Counted from the first letter of the stretch, positions 18,841-29,132 are shown. The stretch: DNA of 64,000 nt from Bacillota bacterium (GCA_017889725.1 JAGGAE010000001.1:46692-110691); one strand, 5' to 3'. The notes: a model not told the origin generated them from the letters alone. A program made the numbers and translations.

Positions 18841-20220
18841 GTGTCGATGGACAAATCAAAAGCGATGGGGACGGAAAAGGTTTCGTCTTTATTATGGAAG
18901 TTTTCTGTTCCAGCTATTTTTGCTATGCTGGTTAATGCTTTGTATAATGTGGTGGACAGTATCTTTGTAGGCCGTGGTGTGGGCGAAATCGGTCTTACGG
19001 CTGTGACGATTGCCTTTCCGCTTATGATGGTGTTAATGGCGGTTGGTATGTTGCTGGGGATGGGGTCGGCCACGCTGATTTCTATTCGTTTGGGTGAAAA
19101 TAATAAGAAAGCGGCGGAACTTATTTTAGGCAATGCCTTTGCCTTGATTCTGATATTGGTTATAACTCTCACCGCCGGGGCGTTATTTTTTTTGGATCCC
19201 ATTTTGATTATACTGGGGGCTACGCCGGAGGTCTTACCCTATGCCCGGGATTTCAGCCAGATTATCTTGGGTGGCAGCTTGTTTATGCATATTGCGTTTG
19301 GTATGAATGGGGCTATCCGAGCGCAAGGTGACCAGAAGACCGCTGTAAAAACGATGCTGATTTCGGCTGTATTGAACATGATTCTAAATCCACTGTTCAT
19401 AGTCGGATTTCATCTGGGAATTCGCGGTTCTGCTCTGGCTACGGTGGTTGCTCAGGCTGTTGCCGCTATCTGGGTTCTTGTTTATTTTGTCCGGGGTATG
19501 GGTACTCTAAAGCTGAATCGCCAGTGTTTTGGGCTAAAAGCGGATATTGCATTAAGTATTGTTAAGATTGGTATGCCTATGTTTTTAATGCAGTTTACCA
19601 ATAGTTTAGTAATGGTTATTGTTAATTATCAGATAATGGCTCATGGCGGTCAAATCGCTATTGCCGCATACGGCGTTATCAATCGCGTGTTTATGCTGAC
19701 GTTGATGCCGGTATTGGGTATAATGCAGGGGGCACAGCCGATTATTGGTTATAACTTCGGGGCTAAACAGTTTAGCCGGGTACTTACTACCTTGAAACTG
19801 GCTACTTTGACAACTACTGCTTGTTGTTTGCTGGCCTTTGTACTAGTTGAAACTTTTGCTGTACAGGTAATGCAAATATTCAGTGACGATGCTGAATTGG
19901 TTTCCCTGGGGGCGTTTGCCATACGCATTAATTTGGCGATGTTGCCGCTAATTGGTTTTCAAATTGCGGGGGCCCAGTATTTCCAGGCTGTAGGCAAGGC
20001 CAATTACTCGATTGTCCTGAACTTATTGCGGCAAGTTATTTTATTAATACCTGTAGTTAGTATATTACCTGGCTTTCTGGGGCTTTTGGGAGTATGGATG
20101 GCCGGTCCTATTTCGGATTTGGGAGCGTCGGTTATTACCGCGGCCTGTATAGTTATGGAGTTGAAACGGTTGTCGGAGGCCCAGAGAGAGCAAAATGAGG
20201 GACAACTATCCCCTGGATAA
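18841..20220 (+). CDS. MATE family efflux transporter
   Basis: 459 aa, 12 TM helices, typical N-terminus LLWKFSVPAIFAMLVNALYNVVDSIFVGRGVG. ATG 18847 is an alternative start. Confidence 0.9.
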   Translation: MSMDKSKAMGTEKVSSLLWKFSVPAIFAMLVNALYNVVDSIFVGRGVGEIGLTAVTIAFPLMMVLMAVGMLLGMGSATLISIRLGENNKKAAELILGNAFALILILVITLTAGALFFLDPILIILGATPEVLPYARDFSQIILGGSLFMHIAFGMNGAIRAQGDQKTAVKTMLISAVLNMILNPLFIVGFHLGIRGSALATVVAQAVAAIWVLVYFVRGMGTLKLNRQCFGLKADIALSIVKIGMPMFLMQFTNSLVMVIVNYQIMAHGGQIAIAAYGVINRVFMLTLMPVLGIMQGAQPIIGYNFGAKQFSRVLTTLKLATLTTTACCLLAFVLVETFAVQVMQIFSDDAELVSLGAFAIRINLAMLPLIGFQIAGAQYFQAVGKANYSIVLNLLRQVILLIPVVSILPGFLGLLGVWMAGPISDLGASVITAACIVMELKRLSEAQREQNEGQLSPG

Positions 20221-20224
20221 GCGT

Positions 20225-20260
20225 AAAGCAGTTCGCTTCAATTGAAGTGAACTGCTTTTA
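20225..20260 (+). terminator. Rho-independent terminator after the MATE gene
   Basis: Stem gcagttcgcttca / tgaagtgaactgc followed by tttta. Confidence 0.6.
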
Positions 20261-20282
20261 TATCTTAATGCTGAATTTGATT

Positions 20283-21170
20283 CTAAGGCTGGACGGCACC
20301 TTCAAGCTCATTAATAAATAAAGGAATGATGGGGTTGGAGTTTTCTTTTTTCCAGGCAACAACCACATCGACAGTAAAAGAATCTTCCCCGAGATCAAGA
20401 AATTTGATATCGGGAGTGGCGTAAGCTTCAACGCATCGTGGTAAAATGGAAATGCCAATACCTGATTCTATCGACATAAGAACTGATTCCATAGAGCTGT
20501 GCTGGCTAACGATGTTAGGCGTTATTCCCTGGCGGGCAAACTCTTTTGATAATTGATCGATAGGTTCGGGGCCTTCGTCACGGGACATGAGAACAAAAGG
20601 CTCTTCGGCGATTTCCAAAAGACTAATTTTGGTGTGATTGGCCAGCGGATGGTCATAACGAACAACCGCCGCTTGAAAGTCGGTATATAAAGTTTTCCAG
20701 GCAAAGGCTTTGTTGTCAAGGCTGAATGCCAGCATGCAGGCGATATCGATATGGCCTTGTTTTAAAGCTTTGGTTAAAGGCCACAATGTGTATTGCGCCA
20801 TGCTTAAGTCGACGTTGGAATGGTTATGGCGAAATTTTGCAACCGCTTGCGGTAAAAATTTTTTTGCCGCTTCAGCCATAAAGCCGATTTTAATATTACC
20901 GACCATGCCGGTGCGAACGCGACGTGTTGCAATTACAGCCTCCTCTGTTTTTGCCAGAATTTCGCAGGCTTCTTTCAGAAATACTTCGCCAGCGATAGTC
21001 AAACGAATCGTTCGTCCGTTTCTGTCAAATAACTTTACACCGAGATATTCTTCAAGTTCGGCGATTTGCTGGCTGAGTGTCGGCTGGGTAATAAAGAGAT
21101 GCTTGGCAGCCTCTGTAAAATTGAGATACCGCGCTGCAGCAATAAAATAACGTATTTGGCGTAATTCCAT
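20283..21170 (-). CDS. LysR family transcriptional regulator
   Basis: MELRQIRYFIAAARYLNFTEAAKHLFITQPTLSQQIAELEEYLGVKLFDR. A GGGGG SD precedes the ATG at 21170. The ORF track extends it to 21221. Confidence 0.9.
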   Translation of the reverse strand: MELRQIRYFIAAARYLNFTEAAKHLFITQPTLSQQIAELEEYLGVKLFDRNGRTIRLTIAGEVFLKEACEILAKTEEAVIATRRVRTGMVGNIKIGFMAEAAKKFLPQAVAKFRHNHSNVDLSMAQYTLWPLTKALKQGHIDIACMLAFSLDNKAFAWKTLYTDFQAAVVRYDHPLANHTKISLLEIAEEPFVLMSRDEGPEPIDQLSKEFARQGITPNIVSQHSSMESVLMSIESGIGISILPRCVEAYATPDIKFLDLGEDSFTVDVVVAWKKENSNPIIPLFINELEGAVQP

Positions 21171-21326
21171 AGGGGCCCCCTTAATATATACGGTAAAATA
21201 GTTTTGGGGTAAAGTTTTCAAAAAAATTAAAATGTTTTGTTACCGGGTGAAGGAATTTTTTTCTATTTGAAGTATACTACTAAGTAGTGTAACTGATTAG
21301 CTTACAGTTCTATTATAACAAATTCA

Positions 21327-21341
21327 ATAGGTGTTTTCTAT
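21327..21341. promoter_or_regulatory. LTTR box (T-N11-A dyad) in the lysR / cyclase intergenic region
   Basis: ATAG-N7-CTAT dyad. It is centred about 65 nt upstream of the start predicted from a TTTAAA-16-TATAAT promoter (21368-21395). Confidence 0.3.
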
Positions 21342-21732
21342 TGTAAACAAGGAATAATCTATTTCCTTTTAAATAGGGAATGAGGTTATTATAATAGAGT
21401 AAGAGTTGCAAAAATTCAAACAGCTTTAGTAAGTTCAATATGTAACAAAGTTGTCAGTTGAAACATGTGATTTTGCTGGTCTAGTGACTTAGCAAGTCAC
21501 TGAAATTAAGTAACCGCCAGTATGTTGGTAGCTAAACTTCTGTGTACCATTGCCGGGATTAATATCATGTGGGTATTCCTCCTGGTACAGCGACAGTGAT
21601 GAAAGATAGGTTGGAACAACCATTTATCGGGTTTCGTTAGCCTCTGACTTTATCATTGGCCGGATTAGTTAGTGGTTGCACAGATAGTTACAATCACATA
21701 AATAATCATTAATTATTGGGAGGAATTAGAAA

Positions 21733-22671
21733 ATGGGAAAAAAAATATTTGTTGATCTGACACATCCTTTCAGCGCAGAAATTCCCCGCTGGCCTTACTT
21801 TGACAAGCCGGTAATCGATAATACGCACACCATGGCCAAGGGCGGCGTTCTGACGCAGAAGATTACCTGTACTATGCACACCGGTACGCATTGCGACGCT
21901 CCCCGTCACGTTATGGAAAAAGAGTTCAACGGTAAAAGAGCTCGTTACACTCACGAGATGGCTGTTGATGCATATACCGGCGATGCCGTTTGCCTCCCCA
22001 TCGAGATTGAGCCTTGGGGTTTGATCGGACCGAAGCATCTTGAAGCTGCCTGCGCAAAAGTAGGTATTAAGCCGAGCGAACTGGAAGGCATGGTTGTCTG
22101 CCTGAACACTGGTATGCATCGCAAGTTCGATGATTCCAAGGAGTACTATCATTACGCCTGCGGTACCGGTATCGATGCCGGCAAGTGGTTTGTGGAGCAC
22201 AAGGTTAAGTGCGTCGCTATGGATAGTCAGGCTCTGGACCATCCTCTCCACACAGCTATGGGCAACAATGGCATGACCCGTATGAACCTGCTCGGCGCTT
22301 CCGGCAGACCTATCACCGAAGAGTACATCGAAAAGTTCGGTATTGAAGCATATGCCGAATTTGATAAAGAAACCTACATCAAAGTTCATGGTAAAGAAGC
22401 ATACGATAAGAAATTCGGTGCGCTGGAAGCAATCGGTTGCTGGGGCACCTGGGAGCCCTGCCATAAGTACTTGCTGGGTCACGGCATCGTCGGTGTTGAA
22501 AATCTTGGCGGCGATCTGGATAAGGTTTCCGGTAAGCGCTTCAGATTCTACTGCTTCCCGCTCCGCTGGTACTTGGGCGATGGCTCCATGGCTCGTTGCG
22601 TTGCCGAAATAGATGAAGCTGATGTGAATAAAGTACCAGACAGAGTATACACTTACGGCGGAAATATCTGA
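21733..22671 (+). CDS. Putative cyclase / arylformamidase-fold metal hydrolase (cyclase family protein)
   Basis: Signature [11 protein letters not shown] (HxGTHxDxPxH). GGAGG SD. The 325-aa antisense ORF is a shadow. Confidence 0.75.
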   Translation: MGKKIFVDLTHPFSAEIPRWPYFDKPVIDNTHTMAKGGVLTQKITCTMHTGTHCDAPRHVMEKEFNGKRARYTHEMAVDAYTGDAVCLPIEIEPWGLIGPKHLEAACAKVGIKPSELEGMVVCLNTGMHRKFDDSKEYYHYACGTGIDAGKWFVEHKVKCVAMDSQALDHPLHTAMGNNGMTRMNLLGASGRPITEEYIEKFGIEAYAEFDKETYIKVHGKEAYDKKFGALEAIGCWGTWEPCHKYLLGHGIVGVENLGGDLDKVSGKRFRFYCFPLRWYLGDGSMARCVAEIDEADVNKVPDRVYTYGGNI

Positions 22672-22700
22672 TCGCAAACAAAACAAAAGGAGATAGTGTC

Positions 22701-23489
22701 ATGATCGATAAGCAATTTGTGGATAAGCTGTTTGATGTTAAGGGAAAAGTAGCGGTGATTACAGGCGCTACCGGAGCATTGGGAAAAGCTGTTGCTCTCG
22801 GCTATGGCCAGGCGGGGATGAAAGTTTTTGTCACCGGACGTGGTGACGATAAATGTCAAGCTCTTTGCAAGGAGTTAGCCGCGCAGGGAATTGAATGCGC
22901 TTACTCAACTGGTGATCCCGCCGTGGAAGCGGATGTGATCAAGATAGTAAAAGATGCAGTGGCCAAATTCGGGGAGATCAATGTATTGGTCACCGCTGCC
23001 GGATATAACCACGCGCAGCCGATTCTCGAACAGGACTTGACGGAATGGCAAAAAATCATGAATTCCGATGTTCAAGGGACCTGGCTGTTCTGCAAATACG
23101 TCGGTGAGCAAATGGTTAAGCAAGGCAAAGGCGGCAAAGTGATTCTGGTATCTTCCGCCCGCTCCAAAGCTGGCATGGCCGGATATACTGGCTACTGCAC
23201 GGCCAAAGGCGGCATTGACCTTATGGCTCAATCGCTGGCCTGCGAATGGTCGGAAAAATACAAGATTAATGTCAACACGATCAATCCGACGGTGTTCCGT
23301 TCGGATTTGACGGAATGGATGTTTGATCCAGAAAGTGCCGTGTACAAAAACTTCTTAAAGCGTCTGCCGATCGGTCGTCTTGGCGAACCGGAAGATTTTG
23401 TCGGACCGTGCATTTTCCTTGCCTCAAGCGCCAGCGACTTTATGACAGGTGCCAATGTTGCCGTTGAAGGCGGCTACTGGGCTTGTTAA
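22701..23489 (+). CDS. SDR family oxidoreductase
   Basis: [10 protein letters not shown] (TGxxxGxG), NVLVTAAG, and the catalytic SS...YCTAKGG pattern. Confidence 0.9.
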   Translation: MIDKQFVDKLFDVKGKVAVITGATGALGKAVALGYGQAGMKVFVTGRGDDKCQALCKELAAQGIECAYSTGDPAVEADVIKIVKDAVAKFGEINVLVTAAGYNHAQPILEQDLTEWQKIMNSDVQGTWLFCKYVGEQMVKQGKGGKVILVSSARSKAGMAGYTGYCTAKGGIDLMAQSLACEWSEKYKINVNTINPTVFRSDLTEWMFDPESAVYKNFLKRLPIGRLGEPEDFVGPCIFLASSASDFMTGANVAVEGGYWAC

Positions 23490-23554
23490 TAAATATAAAA
23501 TAATGTCTACGTGGATGGCGGTTATCTCGCTGGTTAATCGATGTAATACATCTG

Positions 23555-23590
23555 GAAATCCTTCAGCTATGCTGGAGGATTTCTTTTTTC
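23555..23590 (+). terminator. Rho-independent terminator after the SDR gene
   Basis: Stem gaaatccttcagc / gctggaggatttc followed by tttttt. Confidence 0.55.
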
Positions 23591-23836
23591 TTTCTCTAGA
23601 ATAAAAATATAAAGGAACTATATAAAAAATAAACAGCACTGTTTTGCGAGTTGTTAATAGAAGCGATATGGAAATTACTTTTGTTGTAATTGTGTTATTT
23701 AGACGCTATATAAACATGTTATGATATTAAAATATCCCTCTACTTTATCCATATGGCAGGATTTTAGACAGGAAAAGTGCAATACTATAGTAAGAAAGTT
23801 TTTCCGGTGTAGACAGCTTCAGGCTTTCGCTACGGA

Positions 23837-24559
23837 GTGTTAGGAGTGATAGTTTTGCAGTTTCTGGTTGAAGGTGACGTCTTTATTCATTTAGAAGATG
23901 TTTGTTTTGGGGTTGTTTATGCCAAAGGTATTAATAATCGAAGCAATTTAAGTCAAGTTAATCAATTGCTGGAGCAAAGTATTCATCAAGTCGAAACAAA
24001 TTTTGCGAACCAAAAAGTAAAAGAGGCGCCTGCGATTTTGTCTTACCGTCAGGCGTATACTAAGCTAGGGATAAACCCTAATAAATTCATGAGTTCCATT
24101 GAGGCTATGGCGGCAAGAATTTCTAAAAACAAAGGATTTCCTCAAATAAATCCGGTGGTAGATTTGGGAAATGCCATATCCTTAAAGTATTTAGTGCCAC
24201 TGGGAGCCCATGATGTGGATAGTGCCGCCGGAGATATTGTAGTAAGGTTTTCCCGCGAGGGGGATACGTTTATTCCGTTTGGGGAAGAGAATGAGGAAAC
24301 TTTGGAAGCGGGAGAACTTATTTATGCCGCGGGAGATCAGGTAAAAACTCGGCGGTGGATATGGCGGCAAAGCGAGACTGGAAAAGTAACGGAAGAAAGT
24401 TGTAATATTTTCTTTCCTATTGACGGGTTTACCGGACAAAATAAAGAGCAAGTAATAGCAGCACGGGATGAGTTGGCTGCCAGACTTTATGAATGTTTCG
24501 GCTGCGAAGTTCAGGTAGGGTTTGTGGATCGTTTCCATCCAACGTATAGCCTAAAGTAG
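23837..24559 (+). CDS. B3/B4 tRNA-binding-domain protein (PheT B3/B4-like, function unknown)
   Basis: The pattern SYRQAYTKLGINPNKFMSSIEAMAARI ... INPVVDLGNAISLKYLVPLGAHD is typical of stand-alone B3/4 proteins. The TTG at 23855 is a likely start (AGGAG SD). Confidence 0.65.
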   Translation: MLGVIVLQFLVEGDVFIHLEDVCFGVVYAKGINNRSNLSQVNQLLEQSIHQVETNFANQKVKEAPAILSYRQAYTKLGINPNKFMSSIEAMAARISKNKGFPQINPVVDLGNAISLKYLVPLGAHDVDSAAGDIVVRFSREGDTFIPFGEENEETLEAGELIYAAGDQVKTRRWIWRQSETGKVTEESCNIFFPIDGFTGQNKEQVIAARDELAARLYECFGCEVQVGFVDRFHPTYSLK

Positions 24560-24608
24560 TCTACTACTCCGCCGGAGTGACAGGCTAAGGCAGGTAGTAA
24601 ACTTTGCA

Positions 24609-24645
24609 ATCCTTACCAACCTTTTAGGGGTAAGGATTTTTTATT
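24609..24645 (+). terminator. Rho-independent terminator
   Basis: Stem atccttacc / ggtaaggat followed by tttttatttg. Confidence 0.6.
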
Positions 24646-24806
24646 TGTTACGGGGAAAAATGAAATAGGGTGCAATATGATCTTTCAGCCTCGTATTTCG
24701 GGGAGTTTTCATTCTGGGGAAAAAATGATATATTGATAAAAGATGGAACTAGTTATAAATTAGCTAAAATGGTGCTAATATTGTGATTGAGTAAAGGAGA
24801 CTTCAG

Positions 24807-27800
24807 TTGATGAGGGCAACAGGTATTTGTTTGGGTGCATCCCGGATAAGTTTAGCGGTTATTGAACAAAAGACGTCAGGACTAGAACTGATCGCAATGG
24901 ATTCGAGATCCCATGATGGTGATATCGTCACTGTTCTTGATGCTATGCTGGCAAATCTTTGTGACACACAGACTGGCTTAGTGGCGGTGACCGGGAGAAA
25001 GTTCCGCCGGTTAGTCAAATTACCTTCGTTACCGGAAGCGGAGGCGGTGGAAATTGCCTATGAAAAGCTTAAGGATAAGTATCCCGGATACAATGGAATT
25101 GTCTCTGCCGGTGGAGAAAACTTTATGGCCTATCAGCTAAATGGTTTGGGGCAGATTATCAATGTTATTACTGGAAATAAATGTGCTTCAGGAACGGGAG
25201 AGTTCTTTTTACAGCAATTAAAACGAATGAATTTATCCATCGAAGAAGCGTTGGATGCGGCTGAAGCGGAGGCTAATGATGCGTATTCCGTTGCCGGCCG
25301 GTGTTCCGTGTTCTGTAAAAGCGACTGCACGCATGCTCTTAACAAGGGCGCGGCAAAGGGCAAGGTAGTAGCCGGTCTATGCCGTATGATGGCTGTTAAA
25401 ATTATCGAGCTTTTGCAACGTTGTCCCGCGAATAAGTTTTTGCTGATTGGCGGGACTGCAAAAAATAAAGTCATGGTGGATTACATACAAGAACATACGC
25501 AGGAAGATAAAATCATTGAAACGGCAGATGAAGCCGAGTTTTTTGAAGCGTTTGGTGCGGCGGTTTGGGCGCTGGAACATGGTGTAAGACCGGAGTTGTT
25601 AAGCGGAAAAGGCCTGGTAGCTGATCAAACAGAGGAAGGGGCTTTTACTTTTCTTCCGGCTATTAGCCAGGCTGCAGATAAGGTTACTTTTAAAACGGTG
25701 GCGAAGGATACGGCCAGAGAAGGAGACCGATGTCTTGTTGGCTTAGATGTAGGTTCTACTACCACCAAGGCGGTGGTAATGCGCATACATGATAATGCTA
25801 TTTTAGGATCTATTTATTTGCGCACCAACGGCGATCCTGTCGGCGCGGCCCGCCAGTGCTATCAGCATTTACTCGAACAAGTCGGTCAACTTCCGGCTAT
25901 TGAGGGGCTGGGTGTGACTGGTTCAGGACGGCAAATTGCCGGTTTGCATGCCGATACGGACGGGGTAATTAACGAAATTATTGCTCATGCCACAGCGGCT
26001 GTATTTTTTGACCCTCAAGTGGACACGATCTTTGAAATTGGCGGTCAAGACGCAAAATACACCTATATTACTAACGGAGTTCCTTCTGACTATGCCATGA
26101 ATGAAGCGTGTTCCGCCGGAACGGGCTCGTTTTTGGAAGAAGCGGCTAAGGAATCAATGGGAATTGATACGCTTGATATTGCCGATATAGCGTTAAACAG
26201 CAACCGTCCCCCGAATTTTACTGACCAATGCGCAGCCTTTATAGGCAGTGACATTAAGACGGCTATCCAGGAAGGTATTCCCCGGGAAGATATTGTTGGA
26301 GGGCTGGTATATTCCATCTGCCAAAACTACGCCAACAGGGTAAAAGGAAGCCGGGTTATCGGTAAGAAGATATTTATGCAGGGGGGCGTGTGTTACAACA
26401 AGGCTGTTCCTATGGCTATGGCTGCTCTGATTGGTAAAGAAATTATTGTTCCGCCGGAACCTGGACTCATGGGAGCCTATGGCGTAGCCTTAGCTGTAAA
26501 ACAAAAAATAGAACTGGGGCTTTTAGCGGTTAAGCGGTTTAATCTTAAGGAATTGGCTCAGCGGGAGGTTGTCTACGCGGCTCCGTTTGTTTGCGGCGGC
26601 GGCAAGGAAAACTGTGACAGAAAGTGTTCGATCAGCATGATCGAAATTAATGGAGCGAAGTATCCGTTTGGCGGGGCTTGTAATAAATATGTAAATGTTC
26701 GCCGGAAAGTAGATTTTGATTTGGCGAGCTTAGACTTGGTAAGGCTAAGAGAGCACCTGGTTTTTGAAAAGTACGCCAAGCGTCAAGGCAGCGAGCGGCA
26801 AGGCGGTAAAAAGATTGGTATTCTCAAGTCACTGCTGGTTAATTCGCTATATCCTTTATACTACAATTTCTTCACCGAGTTAGGTTTGCAGGTCGTATTA
26901 AGTGATGTTTCCGATGACGCCGGACGAGACCGGCGCGGAGCCGCCTTTTGCTACCCGGTAGAACTCGCTCATGGGTTTATGCAAAATTTATTAAAACTTA
27001 ACCCGGATTATATCTTTTTGCCGAATGTGATTGGTATGCAGGTGGAAAACGGCATTGATACCAGTGTTACTTGTCCGTTGGTACAAGGTGAACCGTATTA
27101 TTTGCGTTCGGCATTTGAAGAATTGAACGATATCCAAGTGCTTAGCCCGATATTGGATTTTTCGCAAGGGTACGATTCGATTACCGGGGAATTTATAAAA
27201 ATTGGCCGCATGCTGGGTTACACCCGGTCAGCCAGTCAACAAGCTTTCCAGATTGCAGTTGACCGACAAAGGGCTTTGGGCTGCGAAATGAAAGAGCTTG
27301 GCCGGAAAGTAGTGCAAGAACTGGAAGCTGATCCAGACAGGCAAGCTATTGTCCTTCTCGGTCGTCCCTATAACGCCTTAACGCGTGATGTAAATATCGG
27401 AATTCCCGGTAAATTTGCTTCACGGGGTTCGCTGATTATCCCTTGGGATTTTCTCAGCTTTGAGATGGAAGAGCCTTTTGAACGAATGTTCTGGTCGATG
27501 GGGCAGATGTTAATGAAGGTTGCAAGAATGGTTGCAAAACATCCGCAGCTTTTTGCAACTTATATCACCAATTTCAGCTGCGGCCCAGACAGTTTCTTAC
27601 TAAGTTATTTTAGAGATACTATGGGACAAAAACCTTCCTTAACCTTAGAACTTGACAGTCATACAGCCGATGCCGGGGTGGATACCAGAATTGAAGCTTT
27701 TCTTGATGTAATTGCCGGATATATTGAGCTTAGGAAGCATGTTGCGGCAGGAGTGACTATCCCTCAAACGGACACGCTTCGTAGTGAAATGCGAAACGGA

Positions 27801-29132
27801 AAGGTATGGCTTGTTGACGCAAAGGGCAAATACTATGATCTTCGCGATGATCGTGTGGTGGTTAAAGTACCATCCATGGGGAATATCGGCTCTCGTTTAG
27901 TAGCGGCCAGTATGCGCCATATTGGTATAAATGCCACCCACCTTGATCCGCCTACGGAAGAGGAATTGTTAACGGGACGGGCCAATTCGTCGTGCAAAGA
28001 ATGCCTTCCTTTTGCATTGGTTGCCGGAGGGATTTTAAACGATGCCGTAAAACAGGACCCGGGCAAGCTCTTAGTTTATTTCTTTGCCGATAGTTCCGGC
28101 CCTTGCCGTTTCGGGCAATACCATGTTCAGGTACGGAATCTGTTAGTGAAGAATAATTTGGATAATGTAACTGTATTACCGCTAACTTCTGATAATGGAT
28201 ATTCGGGAATGGGAATACCATTTCAATTGAGAGCGTGGCAGTCACTTATACTTACCGAAGTATTGGATGATATTTATGGGGCTCTCTTAGTGCTGGCACA
28301 AGATAAGGCTGCGGCGATGCAAGTCTTCGAAGAATCACTTAGAAGAATAGAGCAGGCTATTGTCGGGGAATCCTGGAAAGGGCTAAAACGGGTGCTGCGC
28401 CAAGAGGCTCGGGTGTTAGCGGCCATACCGCGGAAAGAAGAGCTGGATCAAGCGGTGAAGGTGGCTTTGATTGGGGAAATTTATGTCCGTACAGATGCCC
28501 TTTCCCGTCAATTCTTAGTAGAACGCTTGGCTAATAAGGGGATTATTTCCAAGGTTGCCCCTATTACTGAGTTTGTCTATTTTTGCGATTATTTGCTTCA
28601 GAAGTCGCTGTATCATGTAAAATCGTCGGCTGCCGAACGACTGAGTTCTATGGTAAAAGTCTTTTTTAAACAGCACTACGAGCGCCAAATTAAAGAGATT
28701 ATGGCGGAGTCCAAGCTGTATGATATGCATATGCTTGATATCCCCCAGCTTGTCGCTAATTCTCGGCGGTTAATTGCGCCGGAGTTTACCGCCGGAGATA
28801 CCGTGTTAACGGTGGGGGCGGCACTTACGGAAATGGTGGATGAAGTTTCCGGTGTTCTTTCCATAGGACCGTTTGGCTGTATGCCTTGCCGGGTTTCTGA
28901 GGCCATCCTTACCCAGACGATTGATACGGAAAAACCCAGGGTAGCCCATGATAAATCTTTAGTGGATGAAGTCATGAAAAAGTATCCGGCTCTGCCGTTT
29001 TTATCTATTGAAAGTGACGGCAATCCATTTCCACAGGTTATCGAAGCTAAGTTGGAGATTTTCATAATGCAGGTAAAGAGAATTCACCAGGCCATAATGG
29101 AGGCGCGAGCCAAAGGAAAAAATAAAGCCTAA
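24807..29132 (+). CDS. Giant fusion: two BcrAD/BadFG (HgdC-type activase) ATPase modules plus a large Cys-rich DUF2229 / dehydratase-component-like region
   Basis: Module 1: GICLGASRISLAV, NKCASGTGEFF, CSVFCKSDCTHALNKG. Module 2: GLDVGSTTTKAVVM, NEACSAGTGSFLEE, DQCAAFIGSDI. The C-terminal 850 aa carries FVCGGGKENCDRKC, NFSCGPDSF, SSCKECLPF, GPCRFGQY and GPFGCMPCR. Confidence 0.85.
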   Translation: MMRATGICLGASRISLAVIEQKTSGLELIAMDSRSHDGDIVTVLDAMLANLCDTQTGLVAVTGRKFRRLVKLPSLPEAEAVEIAYEKLKDKYPGYNGIVSAGGENFMAYQLNGLGQIINVITGNKCASGTGEFFLQQLKRMNLSIEEALDAAEAEANDAYSVAGRCSVFCKSDCTHALNKGAAKGKVVAGLCRMMAVKIIELLQRCPANKFLLIGGTAKNKVMVDYIQEHTQEDKIIETADEAEFFEAFGAAVWALEHGVRPELLSGKGLVADQTEEGAFTFLPAISQAADKVTFKTVAKDTAREGDRCLVGLDVGSTTTKAVVMRIHDNAILGSIYLRTNGDPVGAARQCYQHLLEQVGQLPAIEGLGVTGSGRQIAGLHADTDGVINEIIAHATAAVFFDPQVDTIFEIGGQDAKYTYITNGVPSDYAMNEACSAGTGSFLEEAAKESMGIDTLDIADIALNSNRPPNFTDQCAAFIGSDIKTAIQEGIPREDIVGGLVYSICQNYANRVKGSRVIGKKIFMQGGVCYNKAVPMAMAALIGKEIIVPPEPGLMGAYGVALAVKQKIELGLLAVKRFNLKELAQREVVYAAPFVCGGGKENCDRKCSISMIEINGAKYPFGGACNKYVNVRRKVDFDLASLDLVRLREHLVFEKYAKRQGSERQGGKKIGILKSLLVNSLYPLYYNFFTELGLQVVLSDVSDDAGRDRRGAAFCYPVELAHGFMQNLLKLNPDYIFLPNVIGMQVENGIDTSVTCPLVQGEPYYLRSAFEELNDIQVLSPILDFSQGYDSITGEFIKIGRMLGYTRSASQQAFQIAVDRQRALGCEMKELGRKVVQELEADPDRQAIVLLGRPYNALTRDVNIGIPGKFASRGSLIIPWDFLSFEMEEPFERMFWSMGQMLMKVARMVAKHPQLFATYITNFSCGPDSFLLSYFRDTMGQKPSLTLELDSHTADAGVDTRIEAFLDVIAGYIELRKHVAAGVTIPQTDTLRSEMRNGKVWLVDAKGKYYDLRDDRVVVKVPSMGNIGSRLVAASMRHIGINATHLDPPTEEELLTGRANSSCKECLPFALVAGGILNDAVKQDPGKLLVYFFADSSGPCRFGQYHVQVRNLLVKNNLDNVTVLPLTSDNGYSGMGIPFQLRAWQSLILTEVLDDIYGALLVLAQDKAAAMQVFEESLRRIEQAIVGESWKGLKRVLRQEARVLAAIPRKEELDQAVKVALIGEIYVRTDALSRQFLVERLANKGIISKVAPITEFVYFCDYLLQKSLYHVKSSAAERLSSMVKVFFKQHYERQIKEIMAESKLYDMHMLDIPQLVANSRRLIAPEFTAGDTVLTVGAALTEMVDEVSGVLSIGPFGCMPCRVSEAILTQTIDTEKPRVAHDKSLVDEVMKKYPALPFLSIESDGNPFPQVIEAKLEIFIMQVKRIHQAIMEARAKGKNKA

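Noticed and set aside
21709-22686. A 325-aa ORF on the minus strand that covers the whole cyclase-family gene.
   Set aside because: The plus-strand frame carries the HxGTHxDxPxH signature, a GGAGG SD and normal composition. The antisense product is low-complexity with no motif and no SD. It is a typical shadow ORF.
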